Below, one piece after another: positions 47,800 through 57,872 of a stretch of DNA of 64,000 nt. Position 1 is the first letter of the stretch. The number at the start of each line of letters is the position of its first letter. Below the pieces are notes generated by a model. The model did no database searches, was not told where the DNA came from, and saw nothing but the letters and a program-made list of their open reading frames with translations. Location: assembly GCA_041743105.1 (NCBI GenBank), contig JBGTNI010000010.1:13589-77588 (forward strand), written 5' to 3'. Made by a program: the position numbers and the translations under genes. The stretch comes from Mycobacteriales bacterium. Lineage in GTDB: Bacteria > Actinomycetota > Actinomycetes > Mycobacteriales > QHCE01.

Positions 47800-50228
47800 G
47801 CATTCAGTACCTCCTGAGGTGACGGAGTGGGCCACGACGGCGGCCGCTGGACGGTAACGGCACGCTCTCGCTCCAGCCGGTGGCTACGCGCCCACAACAG
47901 CGGACCGGGCCGCAACGGCCACAACGCCCGGCGAAACCACCGCTGCCGCCTTTGCAGCTCGCGCACGTACTCGCTTGCGTCGGCGACTGCCTGATCGACG
48001 TGTGGTCGGAAGATCAGTCCCGGTGCGAACTCCACCGCGTTCACTACGGAGGCGAGTTCTTGTAAGGACGGTAGCGGTTGCCGATGCCCCGGTGTGAGCG
48101 TCGCGGCCATGTCGGCCACGTCGTGCGCGGCCAGATGGGGTGGCGGGCGATGTCGCGCCAAACGCATAGCATCGGCCACGTGCGCCCAAGCGCCGATCAC
48201 GCGCTGCGCAGGGTCAGCGGCACCTAACCGGCGTCGGCACAATAGGACACGTCCGAAGACCACCGCTAGTATGCCTAACACCAGCAGCGCCACAAGACCG
48301 ATCCCCACCAGCATGCCAATGTTAAGGATCTTCTCCCCGGTAGCTTGACTACGAGTGCCCGTGGACGGACCATCCGGCGATGGCTCGGGATTAGGGTTCT
48401 CGAGCTCCCGCAGCTGATCCTGCTTAGCACGGTTCTGCTGCTGTGCCTCCGGCGTGGCTTGATCCGGCGGGATAGAGGTGTCGTCGTTCGGCCGGGGGGA
48501 AGGGTCGAAAGGCACCCAGCCGTAACCGGCGAAATACACCTCCGGCCACGCGAAAGCGTCGCCAGCGGTGACCATGAAGCGGCCATCGCTTTGCGGAGTG
48601 CCGGCGTGGAAGCCGACTGAGACACGGCTAGGCAGCCCAGCGATGCGAGCCAGGAGCGCAAACGCGGTGGCAAACTGCTCCGAGGTCCCACGCTGCCCTC
48701 CTTGCTCCTTGGCGACAGTGAGGAAGAAGTCCAAGTTGGCCAAGCCATGACCAGACGAGGCCTCCGGGGTGAACGTGAAGTTACGCAGCAAGAACTGCTC
48801 AATCAGCAGCGCCCGGTTATACGGAGTCGCCGCCGGTGCGATCACGCTCGTTGCCAGCGAGACGATGCCGTCGGGCAGATTGGACGGCACATCGGCATAG
48901 CGCCGGATGTCCGGAGAGTCCGACAGGGCGGCATCGGAGAGCTTGCCGACATTGAAATCCGGGCGCCTCGACCGCACGTCATACTGCAACCCGGTGCGCA
49001 AACCCTCGGCCGTGACCAGCGATCCCGTGGTCGGGTCATAGGAGACCCGCACATCGGTGACTTGGCGCGGCTGCTCCACTGCCGGCAGCCACACTCCATC
49101 GAGGGTCAGCATCGTGTATTCCTGATTCACCGCGGTGCTGTTTGGGGACTGGTCACTGACAGGAAGCACCGATCCAGCCGAGCGATACTCGCTGCCGGGC
49201 AACCAGGACAGGCCGTTGTAATCGGTGAGCGTCACCCAACGAATCCGGCTAGGCACGTTGGTCTCCACCGTAAACAGCTGCTGCTGCGGAGCCCGGGCCC
49301 AGCCCGACAGCCGGCCGAGCGGATTAGATTCGGGAAGCTGCTGCTCTGGTGGCGGGATACGCGTTCGGGGATCGCGGGGCTTCACATCGGACAGACCCAC
49401 CACGGTGGGAGCCAGAACCAGTGTGGCAAGCATCAGTGCCACCAGACCCAGTCCACCGATCGCGGCACGCCGGATGCGGAACGCCTTGCGGGAGGCTGCT
49501 CCCAGCTGCCGCAGTACGTGACTGATGGTGGGGTCCCCGCTGAACGCCAGTCCCAGCGCCGCCACTCCCGCGAAGGCAACCGCCAGGGGTAGCGACGCGG
49601 CAGCGTTGGGCCCTACGAGCACAAGCGCGATCACATACGCCATCGCCGGCGCTACGAACCCGGCGAGCACCGTGCGGGTCCGTAGCGTCAGCTCAGCACC
49701 GGTCAGACCAGCGATCCAGACCACTACCAGCGGGAGCACAACGGTCTGCGGCGTCGGCATCACCGGGATCGTGCTCGTGAGGATCTGCGCACCAGAGTTA
49801 CGGATCGATTCGAGGAACAGCGCCCCTACACTGCCGGTGCCCGGTTGCCGAGTCCAGGCAACTGCCGCGACAAGGTAACCGACCATCACCACGATCGAGA
49901 CCGTGATGGACGCCAGCAGCGATGTCCGCAGTCCCCGCAACGATGCGCTGGCCGCCACCGACAACACTGCCGCCCCGGCCAGCAAGAACAACAGGAAGGA
50001 GCCGGAATAAATCCGGGTGAAGGCCGAGCCAGCGATGATCAACAAACCAGCAAGAGCTGCCGCGCTGAGTACATCGCGTCCGGTGAGAGCATCGGTCATT
50101 GTAGGCAAAGGAGCGGTGTCATGCCGGTCGACTTTGGCCTCCGTGGCCGGTCCATGCTGGGACGACTCCTGCCGGGATGGCAGCTGATGAGGCACGGTAT
50201 CGGCTACCACGAGCGCACCTCGTCCCAC
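47742..50228 (-). CDS. polytopic transglutaminase-like (TgpA-type) protein with non-canonical triad
   Basis: N-terminal TM bundle. The core region reads RGTSEQFATAFALLARIAGLPSRV...DAFAWPEVYFAGYGWVPFDPSP, followed by a second TM segment. Its GTG start overlaps the DUF58 stop. Confidence 0.7.
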   Translation of the reverse strand: MGRGALVVADTVPHQLPSRQESSQHGPATEAKVDRHDTAPLPTMTDALTGRDVLSAAALAGLLIIAGSAFTRIYSGSFLLFLLAGAAVLSVAASASLRGLRTSLLASITVSIVVMVGYLVAAVAWTRQPGTGSVGALFLESIRNSGAQILTSTIPVMPTPQTVVLPLVVVWIAGLTGAELTLRTRTVLAGFVAPAMAYVIALVLVGPNAAASLPLAVAFAGVAALGLAFSGDPTISHVLRQLGAASRKAFRIRRAAIGGLGLVALMLATLVLAPTVVGLSDVKPRDPRTRIPPPEQQLPESNPLGRLSGWARAPQQQLFTVETNVPSRIRWVTLTDYNGLSWLPGSEYRSAGSVLPVSDQSPNSTAVNQEYTMLTLDGVWLPAVEQPRQVTDVRVSYDPTTGSLVTAEGLRTGLQYDVRSRRPDFNVGKLSDAALSDSPDIRRYADVPSNLPDGIVSLATSVIAPAATPYNRALLIEQFLLRNFTFTPEASSGHGLANLDFFLTVAKEQGGQRGTSEQFATAFALLARIAGLPSRVSVGFHAGTPQSDGRFMVTAGDAFAWPEVYFAGYGWVPFDPSPRPNDDTSIPPDQATPEAQQQNRAKQDQLRELENPNPEPSPDGPSTGTRSQATGEKILNIGMLVGIGLVALLVLGILAVVFGRVLLCRRRLGAADPAQRVIGAWAHVADAMRLARHRPPPHLAAHDVADMAATLTPGHRQPLPSLQELASVVNAVEFAPGLIFRPHVDQAVADASEYVRELQRRQRWFRRALWPLRPGPLLWARSHRLERERAVTVQRPPSWPTPSPQEVLNAQLVWAPLRSVHTTSDKAR

Positions 50229-51367
50229 ACAGAGGAGAATTCGTCGGCATCCTTCGCACCGATCACCAACATTCCGGCGTCGCTGCTTGTTCTAGAAACT
50301 TCGCCGCCGATCACGGCCACCAGAATCGAGGGATACATCCCCCGCAACGATGCGATCGGCGCGATATCGTTCTCGCCGTGCACTCCGGTGAGCACGACGA
50401 GCGTGTCGCCGAGCCGACGAGCGTGAAGCCGGTCGATGGCGAACGCCATCGACGTCTCACCGGTGAGCTCGGACTCACCGGTGAGCTCGGCCTCCGCGAT
50501 GGTGTCCATAAACGTTTGCGTTCCCAAGCTGCCCTCACTACCACCGATTGCGGCGCCACCAACGATCTGCAGGTTCACGTGCAGACCGGCGCGAAGTGCG
50601 GCGACTACCACCGACGCAGCTGCATCGGCCGCCGACTCGAAGGCCTCTGGATCGTGATACGCCGCGCGGCGGTTATCCAGCAGCACCACCAGGCGCGGCA
50701 ACGAAGTGTCCACGTGCTCGCGCACCATGAGCTGACCCACCCGCGCCGCGGTACGCCAATGCACATGCCGCAGGTCGTCGCCTGGAACGTACTCACGGAG
50801 CGCGTGGAAAGTGATCGAGCCATGCTCGACTTGGTCCACCGCACCGTCGAGGCTACGAGCCCGACCGACTGGGACGCTGTGCAGCTGTCTAGGCGCCGGG
50901 TGTACCCAGACTTGCCGAGTTCCGCCGTACTCCCGGCTGATGCGGATGATGTCCAGCGGATCCCGGCGTTCGATGCGTAACGGTCCTACCGTGACCACTC
51001 CACGTCGTCGGGTGGGTAGCGGATACTGAACCGCGGTGACCTTGGCCGGACCGAGCCGCACCACCGGCACCGTCACGGTGCTTTGGCCACAGCGGTCGAA
51101 CGCGATGAGGTCCACGCCTCGCCACCGGGCGTGATTGCGCACGCTGACCAGGCCGAGGCATTCTTCACCGCGCACCACCCGGTCGGGCTCCACGTCGCGG
51201 TGCACATCCAGCGTCCAACGACGCAGCGCGAAGATAAACGCCCCGCAGAAAGCCAGCACGGCGGCAACACCGATCACGGTCAGCTCGTCATAACCAAAAA
51301 TCAGCCCACCCGTGATCAACGCAATACCCGCCAGCAGCAGCCCAACGCCCCGGCGAGTCACCCGCAT
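50204..51367 (-). CDS. DUF58 (vWA-like) protein
   Basis: SD aggagg. Two N-terminal TM segments and the DUF58 signature DDLRHVHWRTAARVGQLMVREH. Confidence 0.75.
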   Translation of the reverse strand: MRVTRRGVGLLLAGIALITGGLIFGYDELTVIGVAAVLAFCGAFIFALRRWTLDVHRDVEPDRVVRGEECLGLVSVRNHARWRGVDLIAFDRCGQSTVTVPVVRLGPAKVTAVQYPLPTRRRGVVTVGPLRIERRDPLDIIRISREYGGTRQVWVHPAPRQLHSVPVGRARSLDGAVDQVEHGSITFHALREYVPGDDLRHVHWRTAARVGQLMVREHVDTSLPRLVVLLDNRRAAYHDPEAFESAADAAASVVVAALRAGLHVNLQIVGGAAIGGSEGSLGTQTFMDTIAEAELTGESELTGETSMAFAIDRLHARRLGDTLVVLTGVHGENDIAPIASLRGMYPSILVAVIGGEVSRTSSDAGMLVIGAKDADEFSSVWDEVRSW

Positions 51368-51415
51368 AGCTGGCCTCCTTTCCTAGTCATCATAGGCTCA
51401 CTCTCCTACGGGTTT

Positions 51416-51565
51416 GGGCCGCTCCAGGTGTCGGCTGGCAAGGCCGCAGGAGCCGCCGCGTACACGGCCGGAGCGCAGCGGGGGAAGTACGCAAGGCGAA
51501 CGCCCGGGTGGCGGGTGTGTCCAGCACGAGCATTGGGCCGCCGGCGGGCAACTGGTGGGGCCCTG
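51416..51565 (+). repeat. REP-like element, family C copy 3 (MoxR-DUF58 intergenic)
   Basis: ccaggtgtcggctggcaaggccgcaggagccgccgcgtaca...gcaaggcgaacgcccgggtggcgggtgt aligns with 8789..8942. Confidence 0.7.
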
Positions 51566-51576
51566 AGAACCCTCCG

Positions 51577-52698
51577 CTATCGTTGCCCGGCGCTTTGTGG
51601 ATATGGCTGAGACGGCGCAGGGGGGCCCGAGTACATGGTCGGAGTGAGGCGGGAACCGCGTCCCGTCTCCGCGCCTGTCGGAGGCGTGGAAGTCACCGGC
51701 GCGGTGGGGGGCTGCTGAGCACCTGGGCGTGGCACCGAGACCGATTCCACGACGTCCCGCAGCGCCGCTACAGCGCTGCGACCGCGCAACGCGGCGTCCG
51801 GTGACATCACCAAACGGTGTGCGTACACCGGTTCTACAAGGGCCTTGATGTCTTCGGGCACTACGTATCCGCGCCCCTGAGAGAGCGCATAAACCTGCGA
51901 AGCTCGGGTGAGGGCAATCGCGCCGCGTGGGCTCACGCCCACCCGGACATCGGGCACTTCGCGTGTCGCGGCAGCCAGACTGACCATGTAGGAATACAAC
52001 GGTGGCGCGATGTATACCCGCTGCGCCAGACTGATCAACCGCGTGACGGTCTCGGTGTCGGTCACCGGACGCAGGGCATCCACCGAACGACCACCGACAG
52101 CACCGCGGACCACATCGATTTCCACGGCTTCGGTGGGATAGCCCACCGAGATGCGCATGATGAATCGGTCGAGCTGCGCCTCCGGGAGACGGTAGGTCCC
52201 GTCCATCTCGATCGGGTTCTGGGTGGCAACTACCAGGAACGGCCGCGGCACACCGTGGGCGACCCCGTCGATGGTGACATTGTGCTCCTCCATGACCTCC
52301 AGCAACGCTGACTGGGTCTTGGGCGAGGCCCGGTTGATCTCATCGGCGATGACGACGTTGGCGAAGACGGGACCGGGATGGAACTCGAAGGTCCGGCTTG
52401 CCTGGTTGAAGATGGTTACGCCGGAGACGTCGGAGGGCAGCAGGTCCGGTGTGAACTGGATTCGTCGCCACTGGCCTTGCACGCTGGCGGCGATCGCCCG
52501 AGCAATCGTGGTCTTACCGACGCCAGGCACATCCTCGATCAGCAGGTGTCCTTCGGCGAACATCGCGGTGAGCGCCAACCGGACAACGTCGGCTTTGCCG
52601 AGTAGTACCGCCTCCACATTCATCGCGATGCGACCGAACGCATTGCCGAACGTCGATACTTCAACCGGGCTCAATTGATCGGTGTAATTGCCGGTCAC
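51577..52698 (-). CDS. MoxR-family AAA+ ATPase (Pro-rich C-terminal tail)
   Basis: Walker A DVPGVGKT and Walker B VIADEINRA, with the typical MoxR length plus a ~60-aa tail. Confidence 0.85.
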   Translation of the reverse strand: MTGNYTDQLSPVEVSTFGNAFGRIAMNVEAVLLGKADVVRLALTAMFAEGHLLIEDVPGVGKTTIARAIAASVQGQWRRIQFTPDLLPSDVSGVTIFNQASRTFEFHPGPVFANVVIADEINRASPKTQSALLEVMEEHNVTIDGVAHGVPRPFLVVATQNPIEMDGTYRLPEAQLDRFIMRISVGYPTEAVEIDVVRGAVGGRSVDALRPVTDTETVTRLISLAQRVYIAPPLYSYMVSLAAATREVPDVRVGVSPRGAIALTRASQVYALSQGRGYVVPEDIKALVEPVYAHRLVMSPDAALRGRSAVAALRDVVESVSVPRPGAQQPPTAPVTSTPPTGAETGRGSRLTPTMYSGPPAPSQPYPQSAGQR

Positions 52699-52959
52699 CG
52701 CTGATCTCCATCCTGCGTGGGGCTGGTAGTGATCACAGTATGACGTCTAGGCCACACTCGGCCACAGTAGAGGCACGGTACTCGCACCGGACGTCCGATA
52801 CTCACCGATCGTCGCTATCGTTACCTCACGAAGCAACCAAAACATCTAGATGCATCGAATGTTTCTCGGCGGTATTCGCAGCTGCCGCCCACGGCTCCGC
52901 CGGATGACGTGCTGACGGCAACAGAGTAGAACGGCATTTAATGGATAACCAGCACGCTG

Positions 52960-54627
52960 GTGGCCAAAGAGTCATCCGCAGCTAAAGGGGAGACCGTGCA
53001 GAAGATCCGATTTTTCCGGCGAGGCATCCTCGCTCCGTTGTGTGGAGTAATAGCCACCGCGGTAGCACTCGGCGTCGCCGAGCTGGTCGCGGCGCTACTT
53101 CGCCCGCAGGCGTCGCCGCTGGTCACTGTCGGTCAGACAGTGATCGACGCGACGCCTACCTCAATGGAGCAGTGGGCGATCCGCACCTTCGGTAGCAACG
53201 ATAAGGCCGTGCTCTTAGGTGGCATCCTGGCGATGCTGACCATCTTCGCCGCCGTCGTCGGATACCTGGCGAGCCGGTACCTGCCGATCGGCGTGGCCGG
53301 GGTGATTTTCTTCGGTGTCGTCGGGGTGATAGCCGCGCAGACCAGACCCTCATCGGAGACAACTGACATCGTGCCCGCCATCGCGGCGGTCATCGCCGGG
53401 GCGCTGGCGCTGATCTTCCTGATCCGCGCACTACCACCTCGCGAACCTGCCTCACTTCCGGCGGCCGATGACTCCGAGAAGGCGGAAGCACCCGAGGCCT
53501 CCCACGGCGGCACAGACACCACGGGCGCCGAGCCGGCCACAATTTCGGCGAAGTCCGAGTACTCACGTCGCGGCTTGCTGATTCTAGGATCGGCCCTGGG
53601 TGCCAGCGCTATAGCCACTGCTTCAGTTGGCCGCTGGCTACAAGGAGTGCTCTACAACGCAACCGCGTCCCGCGATGCGGTGAAGCTTCCCGTGCCGGTG
53701 AGTGCCGCGCCACCGATCCCGGCCGGCGCCACGCTGGATATCGGCGGCATCAGCAGCTTTGTGACACCCAATTCCAAATTCTACAAAGTGGACACCGCGC
53801 TCGTGGTACCTCAGATACGAACTCAGGATTGGCAGCTGCGCATCCACGGCATGGTGAAAAAGCCGATCACGCTCACCTTCGACGAGCTACTGGAACTACC
53901 CATGATCGAACGAATGATCACCATGACGTGCGTCTCTAACCAAGTCGGCGGAGACCTGGTCGGCAACGCGACCTGGCTTGGGGTGGCACTGGGACCGTTC
54001 CTCTCCGAACGTGGTGTCTCGGCAAAGGCGGATCAACTGGTCTGCCGCTCGGTAGATGGTATGACCATCGGAGCGCCGCTGAAGCAGATCCTCGACGGAC
54101 GCGACGCACTGTTGGCGATCGGAATGAATGGCGAACCACTGCCGTTTAACAATGGTTTCCCGGCACGGGTGATCGTGCCGGGTCTGTATGGCTACTGCTC
54201 GGCGTGCAAATGGGTAGTGGACATGGAGGCAACCACGTTCGATGCCTTCGACACCTACTGGGTGAAGCGCGACTGGGCACAGGTCGCACCGGTCAAGATC
54301 TCTGCCCGCATCGATACTCCCGAGCCGCTCAGCAGTCCTCAAGCGGGGCAGATCGACATCGCCGGTGTGGCGTGGGCGCAGGATCGCGGCATCTCCAAGG
54401 TTGAGGTCAACGTGGACGACGGCCCGTGGCGGGAGGCGGATCTTGCCGAGCAGATATCGGAAGATGTCTGGCGGCAATGGGTTTACCGGTGGGACGCCTC
54501 GCCTGGCCGGCACAAGCTCACCGCGCGTGCCACCGATGGCAATGGACAGGTCCAGGTGCAGCAGCGCGTAAAGCCGTTTCCTGACGGTTCCAGTGGCTGG
54601 CACAGCAATGTCGTAACGGTTAAGTAA
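52960..54627 (+). CDS. membrane-anchored molybdopterin-dependent oxidoreductase (sulfite-oxidase fold)
   Basis: N-terminal TM region, then the molybdopterin-binding-domain pattern ITMTCVSNQVGGDLVGNATWLGV and a C-terminal Ig-like dimerisation-type domain. The start is uncertain. Confidence 0.7.
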   Translation: MAKESSAAKGETVQKIRFFRRGILAPLCGVIATAVALGVAELVAALLRPQASPLVTVGQTVIDATPTSMEQWAIRTFGSNDKAVLLGGILAMLTIFAAVVGYLASRYLPIGVAGVIFFGVVGVIAAQTRPSSETTDIVPAIAAVIAGALALIFLIRALPPREPASLPAADDSEKAEAPEASHGGTDTTGAEPATISAKSEYSRRGLLILGSALGASAIATASVGRWLQGVLYNATASRDAVKLPVPVSAAPPIPAGATLDIGGISSFVTPNSKFYKVDTALVVPQIRTQDWQLRIHGMVKKPITLTFDELLELPMIERMITMTCVSNQVGGDLVGNATWLGVALGPFLSERGVSAKADQLVCRSVDGMTIGAPLKQILDGRDALLAIGMNGEPLPFNNGFPARVIVPGLYGYCSACKWVVDMEATTFDAFDTYWVKRDWAQVAPVKISARIDTPEPLSSPQAGQIDIAGVAWAQDRGISKVEVNVDDGPWREADLAEQISEDVWRQWVYRWDASPGRHKLTARATDGNGQVQVQQRVKPFPDGSSGWHSNVVTVK

Positions 54628-54736
54628 CGGAAACATCCACTATGAGAGGCTGAACCGAAGGCTATGCGATTGCAGTGACTACATTGCAAGCGCATAGCAC
54701 GACTAGTCACAGCTACGTGCAGAAAGAGAGTCTTTA

Positions 54737-55372
54737 ATGTTGAAACGTAAGATCGCTACATTGCTAGCGGTCGGAGCACTCACCATCTCGCTCGCCGCGT
54801 GTGGTGACGACTCCAAGGATGACAGTTCCAGTGACAACAAGGCCGAGCCTTCGGCGTCCGCACCCGCCGCTGGCCCCTTCGGCGCGGGATGCGCAGGCGT
54901 GCCGACAGAGGGCGAGGGCAGCGTCGAGGGCATGACCGATGACCCGGTAGCTACCGCTGCCAGTAACAATCCTCTACTGTCCACTTTGGTCACAGCTGTT
55001 AAGGCAGCGGACTTGGTCGACACGCTCAACGGCGCAGAGGCCCTCACCGTCTTCGCCCCGGCCAACACTGCCTTCGCGAAGATTCCTGAGGCCGACTTGA
55101 AGGCGCTACTGGCCGACAAGGAACAGCTGACCAAGGTTCTGAGCTATCACGTGGTCGCAGGCAAGCTCTCTCCTGAGCAGCTCGCCGGCACCCACAAGAC
55201 CTTGGTGGAAGGCACGGAGCTGACCGTGACAGGCAGCGGCGAGAACTTCACCGTTAACGGCGGCTCCAAGGTGGTCTGTGGCAACGTGCAGACCGCTAAC
55301 GCCACCGTGTATGTCGTCGACACCGTGCTCGATGTTTCGACCAAGAGCGTCATGGGAGCGAAGCAAAGCTAA
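54737..55372 (+). CDS. fasciclin (FAS1) domain lipoprotein
   Basis: Lipobox LAACGDD; FAS1 motifs TVFAPANTAF and LSYHVVAGKL. Confidence 0.8.
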   Translation: MLKRKIATLLAVGALTISLAACGDDSKDDSSSDNKAEPSASAPAAGPFGAGCAGVPTEGEGSVEGMTDDPVATAASNNPLLSTLVTAVKAADLVDTLNGAEALTVFAPANTAFAKIPEADLKALLADKEQLTKVLSYHVVAGKLSPEQLAGTHKTLVEGTELTVTGSGENFTVNGGSKVVCGNVQTANATVYVVDTVLDVSTKSVMGAKQS

Positions 55373-55386
55373 GCCTCTCGGAAGCT

Positions 55387-55433
55387 CTGACACACTGGGG
55401 CCCCGCCGTCATGGCGGGGCCCCAGTGTGTCAG
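55387..55433. terminator. 21-bp perfect-stem bidirectional hairpin (fasciclin / era)
   Basis: ctgacacactggggccccgcc-gtcat-ggcggggccccagtgtgtcag. Confidence 0.7.
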
Positions 55434-55527
55434 CTCGTCTGTTGTCGACGAACTCGACAGTTTTGCTATTTTCGGCCCAAGGCTCACATCTCTGTCGAAT
55501 GCGTAAACAAAATCGCGGTAGAAGGAG

Positions 55528-56532
55528 TCAGAAACCTAGCCGGCGGAGCTGGCGAGGATCCCGCTGCCATTCCTTGGCGATCTTGACGTGTAGATCCAGG
55601 TACACCCGCATCCCCAGTAGGGCCTCGATGTGCTTACGGGACGTCATGCCGATCTGCTTCATCCGGGCACCGCGTGCGCCAAGGACGATAGCCTTCTGAC
55701 TGGAGCGCTCTACGTAGACGTTGGCATAGATATCCAGCAGATCGTCCCGACCGGCACGAGGAATCATCTCCTCCACGACCACCGCAACCGAGTGCGGCAG
55801 CTCGTCGCGCACCCCCTCCAACGCGGCCTCGCGAATCAACTCGGCGATCATCACCTGCTCGGGTTCATCGGTGAGCTCACCCGCTGGATACAGCGGCGGC
55901 GAGATCGGCAGTGCGGCAACCAACAGATCGGCGAGTAGGTCCACCTGGTCCCCCGCGGTGGCCGAGACTGGCACGATCTCGGCGAACTCTCCCAGCTCGG
56001 AGACGGCGATCAGTTGACCGGCTAGCTTATCCCGATCGACCAGATCGGTCTTGGTGACCACAACGAAGATGTTGCGACGGTCCAGGCGTGCCAGTTCGGC
56101 GGCGATGAACCGGTCACCCGGTCCCACTGGCTGATCGGCCGGTATACACAGCGCGACAACATCTACCTCAGACCAGGTGGTGCGCACGATGTCATTGAGT
56201 CGCGCTCCCAGCACGGTGCGGGGCCGATGCAGCCCCGGGGTGTCCACCAGTACCAGCTGGGCATCCTCCCGGTGGACGATGCCGCGCACCGCGTGGCGGG
56301 TGGTCTGCGGCCGGTTACTGGTGATCGCGATTTTGCTACCCACCAGGGCGTTGGTCAGCGTGGACTTTCCCACGTTAGGCCTGCCCACAAAACATGCGAA
56401 ACCAGCCCGATGATCTGCCGGGTAACTGGTTGTGAACCCCGAATCGGCTGTGTCTTTTCCGGCCGTGATTTCTTTGGTCACAGACTCTCTGGTCACAGAC
56501 TCTCTGGCTGGAGTGTGTTCCGCTGTACTCAT
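55528..56532 (-). CDS. era: GTPase Era
   Basis: G1 motif GRPNVGKST, DTPG, TKTD and a C-terminal KH domain. The N-terminal extension contains a duplicated RESVT. Confidence 0.9.
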   Translation of the reverse strand: MSTAEHTPARESVTRESVTKEITAGKDTADSGFTTSYPADHRAGFACFVGRPNVGKSTLTNALVGSKIAITSNRPQTTRHAVRGIVHREDAQLVLVDTPGLHRPRTVLGARLNDIVRTTWSEVDVVALCIPADQPVGPGDRFIAAELARLDRRNIFVVVTKTDLVDRDKLAGQLIAVSELGEFAEIVPVSATAGDQVDLLADLLVAALPISPPLYPAGELTDEPEQVMIAELIREAALEGVRDELPHSVAVVVEEMIPRAGRDDLLDIYANVYVERSSQKAIVLGARGARMKQIGMTSRKHIEALLGMRVYLDLHVKIAKEWQRDPRQLRRLGF

Positions 56533-56534
56533 GG

Positions 56535-57872
56535 CTAGCTCTCCGCCGGGCTTGGGTTGTAAGGAGAACTAGTCATGCCCGCTGTGTTTGTTACGTCGGC
56601 CGCCACTTGACGCGAGATCACCACTGTATCCACCCGGTTTCGCCGTCCTCCGGCAGATTCCGCGGTGAGTCGCAGCTCACCGACCTGCGCCGTCGCGCCG
56701 GGGATCGGCACTTTTCCCAACGCGTGCGCGAGTAGGCCGCCGACCGTTTCGGCATCGTCCGTGGGCAACTGCACACCGAACAGCTCCGCGAGATCGTCCA
56801 CCGGCAGGCGCGCGATCACACGGACGGCACCGGAGTCGAGCTGCTCGACGTGGGCGCGCTCATCGTCATACTCGTCGGCGATCTCCCCCACAATCTCTTC
56901 CACAATGTCTTCGATGGTGACCAGGCCCGCCGTACCGCCATATTCATCCACCACGATGGCAATGTGGATTCGGCGAGCTTGCATCTCCCGAAGCAGATCG
57001 TCGATCGGTTTGAACTCAGGAATGAACTCCGCCGGGCGCATCGCCGTGCGCACCAGAGCATTACTGGTGGCCGAGTGATCATGAAGAGCCCGCGCTGCGT
57101 CCTTGAGGTATACCACTCCGACGATGTCGTCGACGTCGGCACCAACGACCGGAATTCGCGAGAAACCGCTGCGCAGTGCCAGGGTCAGCGCTTGCGAGAC
57201 AGTCTTGTCCGCTTCGATCCACACCACGTCGGTACGAGGGACCATCACCTCGCGCACCATGGTGTCGCCCAGTTCGAACACCGAGTGGATCATGTCGCGC
57301 TCGTCGTGCTCAACATCGCCCCGCTGCTCGGCGAGATCCAACAGTTCTCGTAGCTCGAGCTCAGTGGCGAAGGGACCTTCGCGATAGCCCTTTCCCGGTG
57401 TCACCGCGTTGCCGATCAAGATCAGCAACCGCGCTAGCGGCCCCAGCACAAGTCCCAACCGGCGAATGACCCCGGCAAGCGCCAACGCCACTGGGTAGGG
57501 ATGCTGCCGGCCTACCGTGCGAGGGCCCACTCCCACCAACACGAAACTGACTACCGTCATCGCGGCCGCCGTTGCCGCCAACGCGAGCGGACCTAGTCCC
57601 CAGCTTCCAATCGCCACCCATGCCACCAGCAGTGTGGCGGTGAGTTCACATGCCAGCCGCAGCAAAAGCAGCAGACTCACATGCGCGGGTAGCGATCGGA
57701 CCACAGCACCTAGAGCCAGCGCGCCCGGGACGCGGTCGGCCACAAGCTGCGCTACCCGGGTCGGAGCGACTCTAGCGAGGGCCGCGTCGGCCATCGCACA
57801 GCAACCTGCCGCTACGACCAGCGGCACAGTGGCGGCGATCAGCACTGGATCGCTCATGGTTGAGAGTGCCAT
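56535..57872 (-). CDS. CNNM/DUF21-CBS-CorC_HlyC family transporter-like protein
   Basis: N-terminal TM domain, a CBS pair, and the C-terminal CorC region ([19 protein letters not shown]). Confidence 0.8.
   Translation of the reverse strand: MALSTMSDPVLIAATVPLVVAAGCCAMADAALARVAPTRVAQLVADRVPGALALGAVVRSLPAHVSLLLLLRLACELTATLLVAWVAIGSWGLGPLALAATAAAMTVVSFVLVGVGPRTVGRQHPYPVALALAGVIRRLGLVLGPLARLLILIGNAVTPGKGYREGPFATELELRELLDLAEQRGDVEHDERDMIHSVFELGDTMVREVMVPRTDVVWIEADKTVSQALTLALRSGFSRIPVVGADVDDIVGVVYLKDAARALHDHSATSNALVRTAMRPAEFIPEFKPIDDLLREMQARRIHIAIVVDEYGGTAGLVTIEDIVEEIVGEIADEYDDERAHVEQLDSGAVRVIARLPVDDLAELFGVQLPTDDAETVGGLLAHALGKVPIPGATAQVGELRLTAESAGGRRNRVDTVVISRQVAADVTNTAGMTSSPYNPSPAES

Noticed and set aside
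48702-49592. 296-aa plus-strand ORF
   Set aside because: It is antisense to the transglutaminase-like gene, Arg/Gly/His-rich, with no motifs.
52699-52959. Divergent MoxR / Mo-oxidoreductase intergenic region as a candidate regulatory hub
   Set aside because: No palindrome or repeat stood out on inspection, so there is nothing to report beyond ordinary promoter space.
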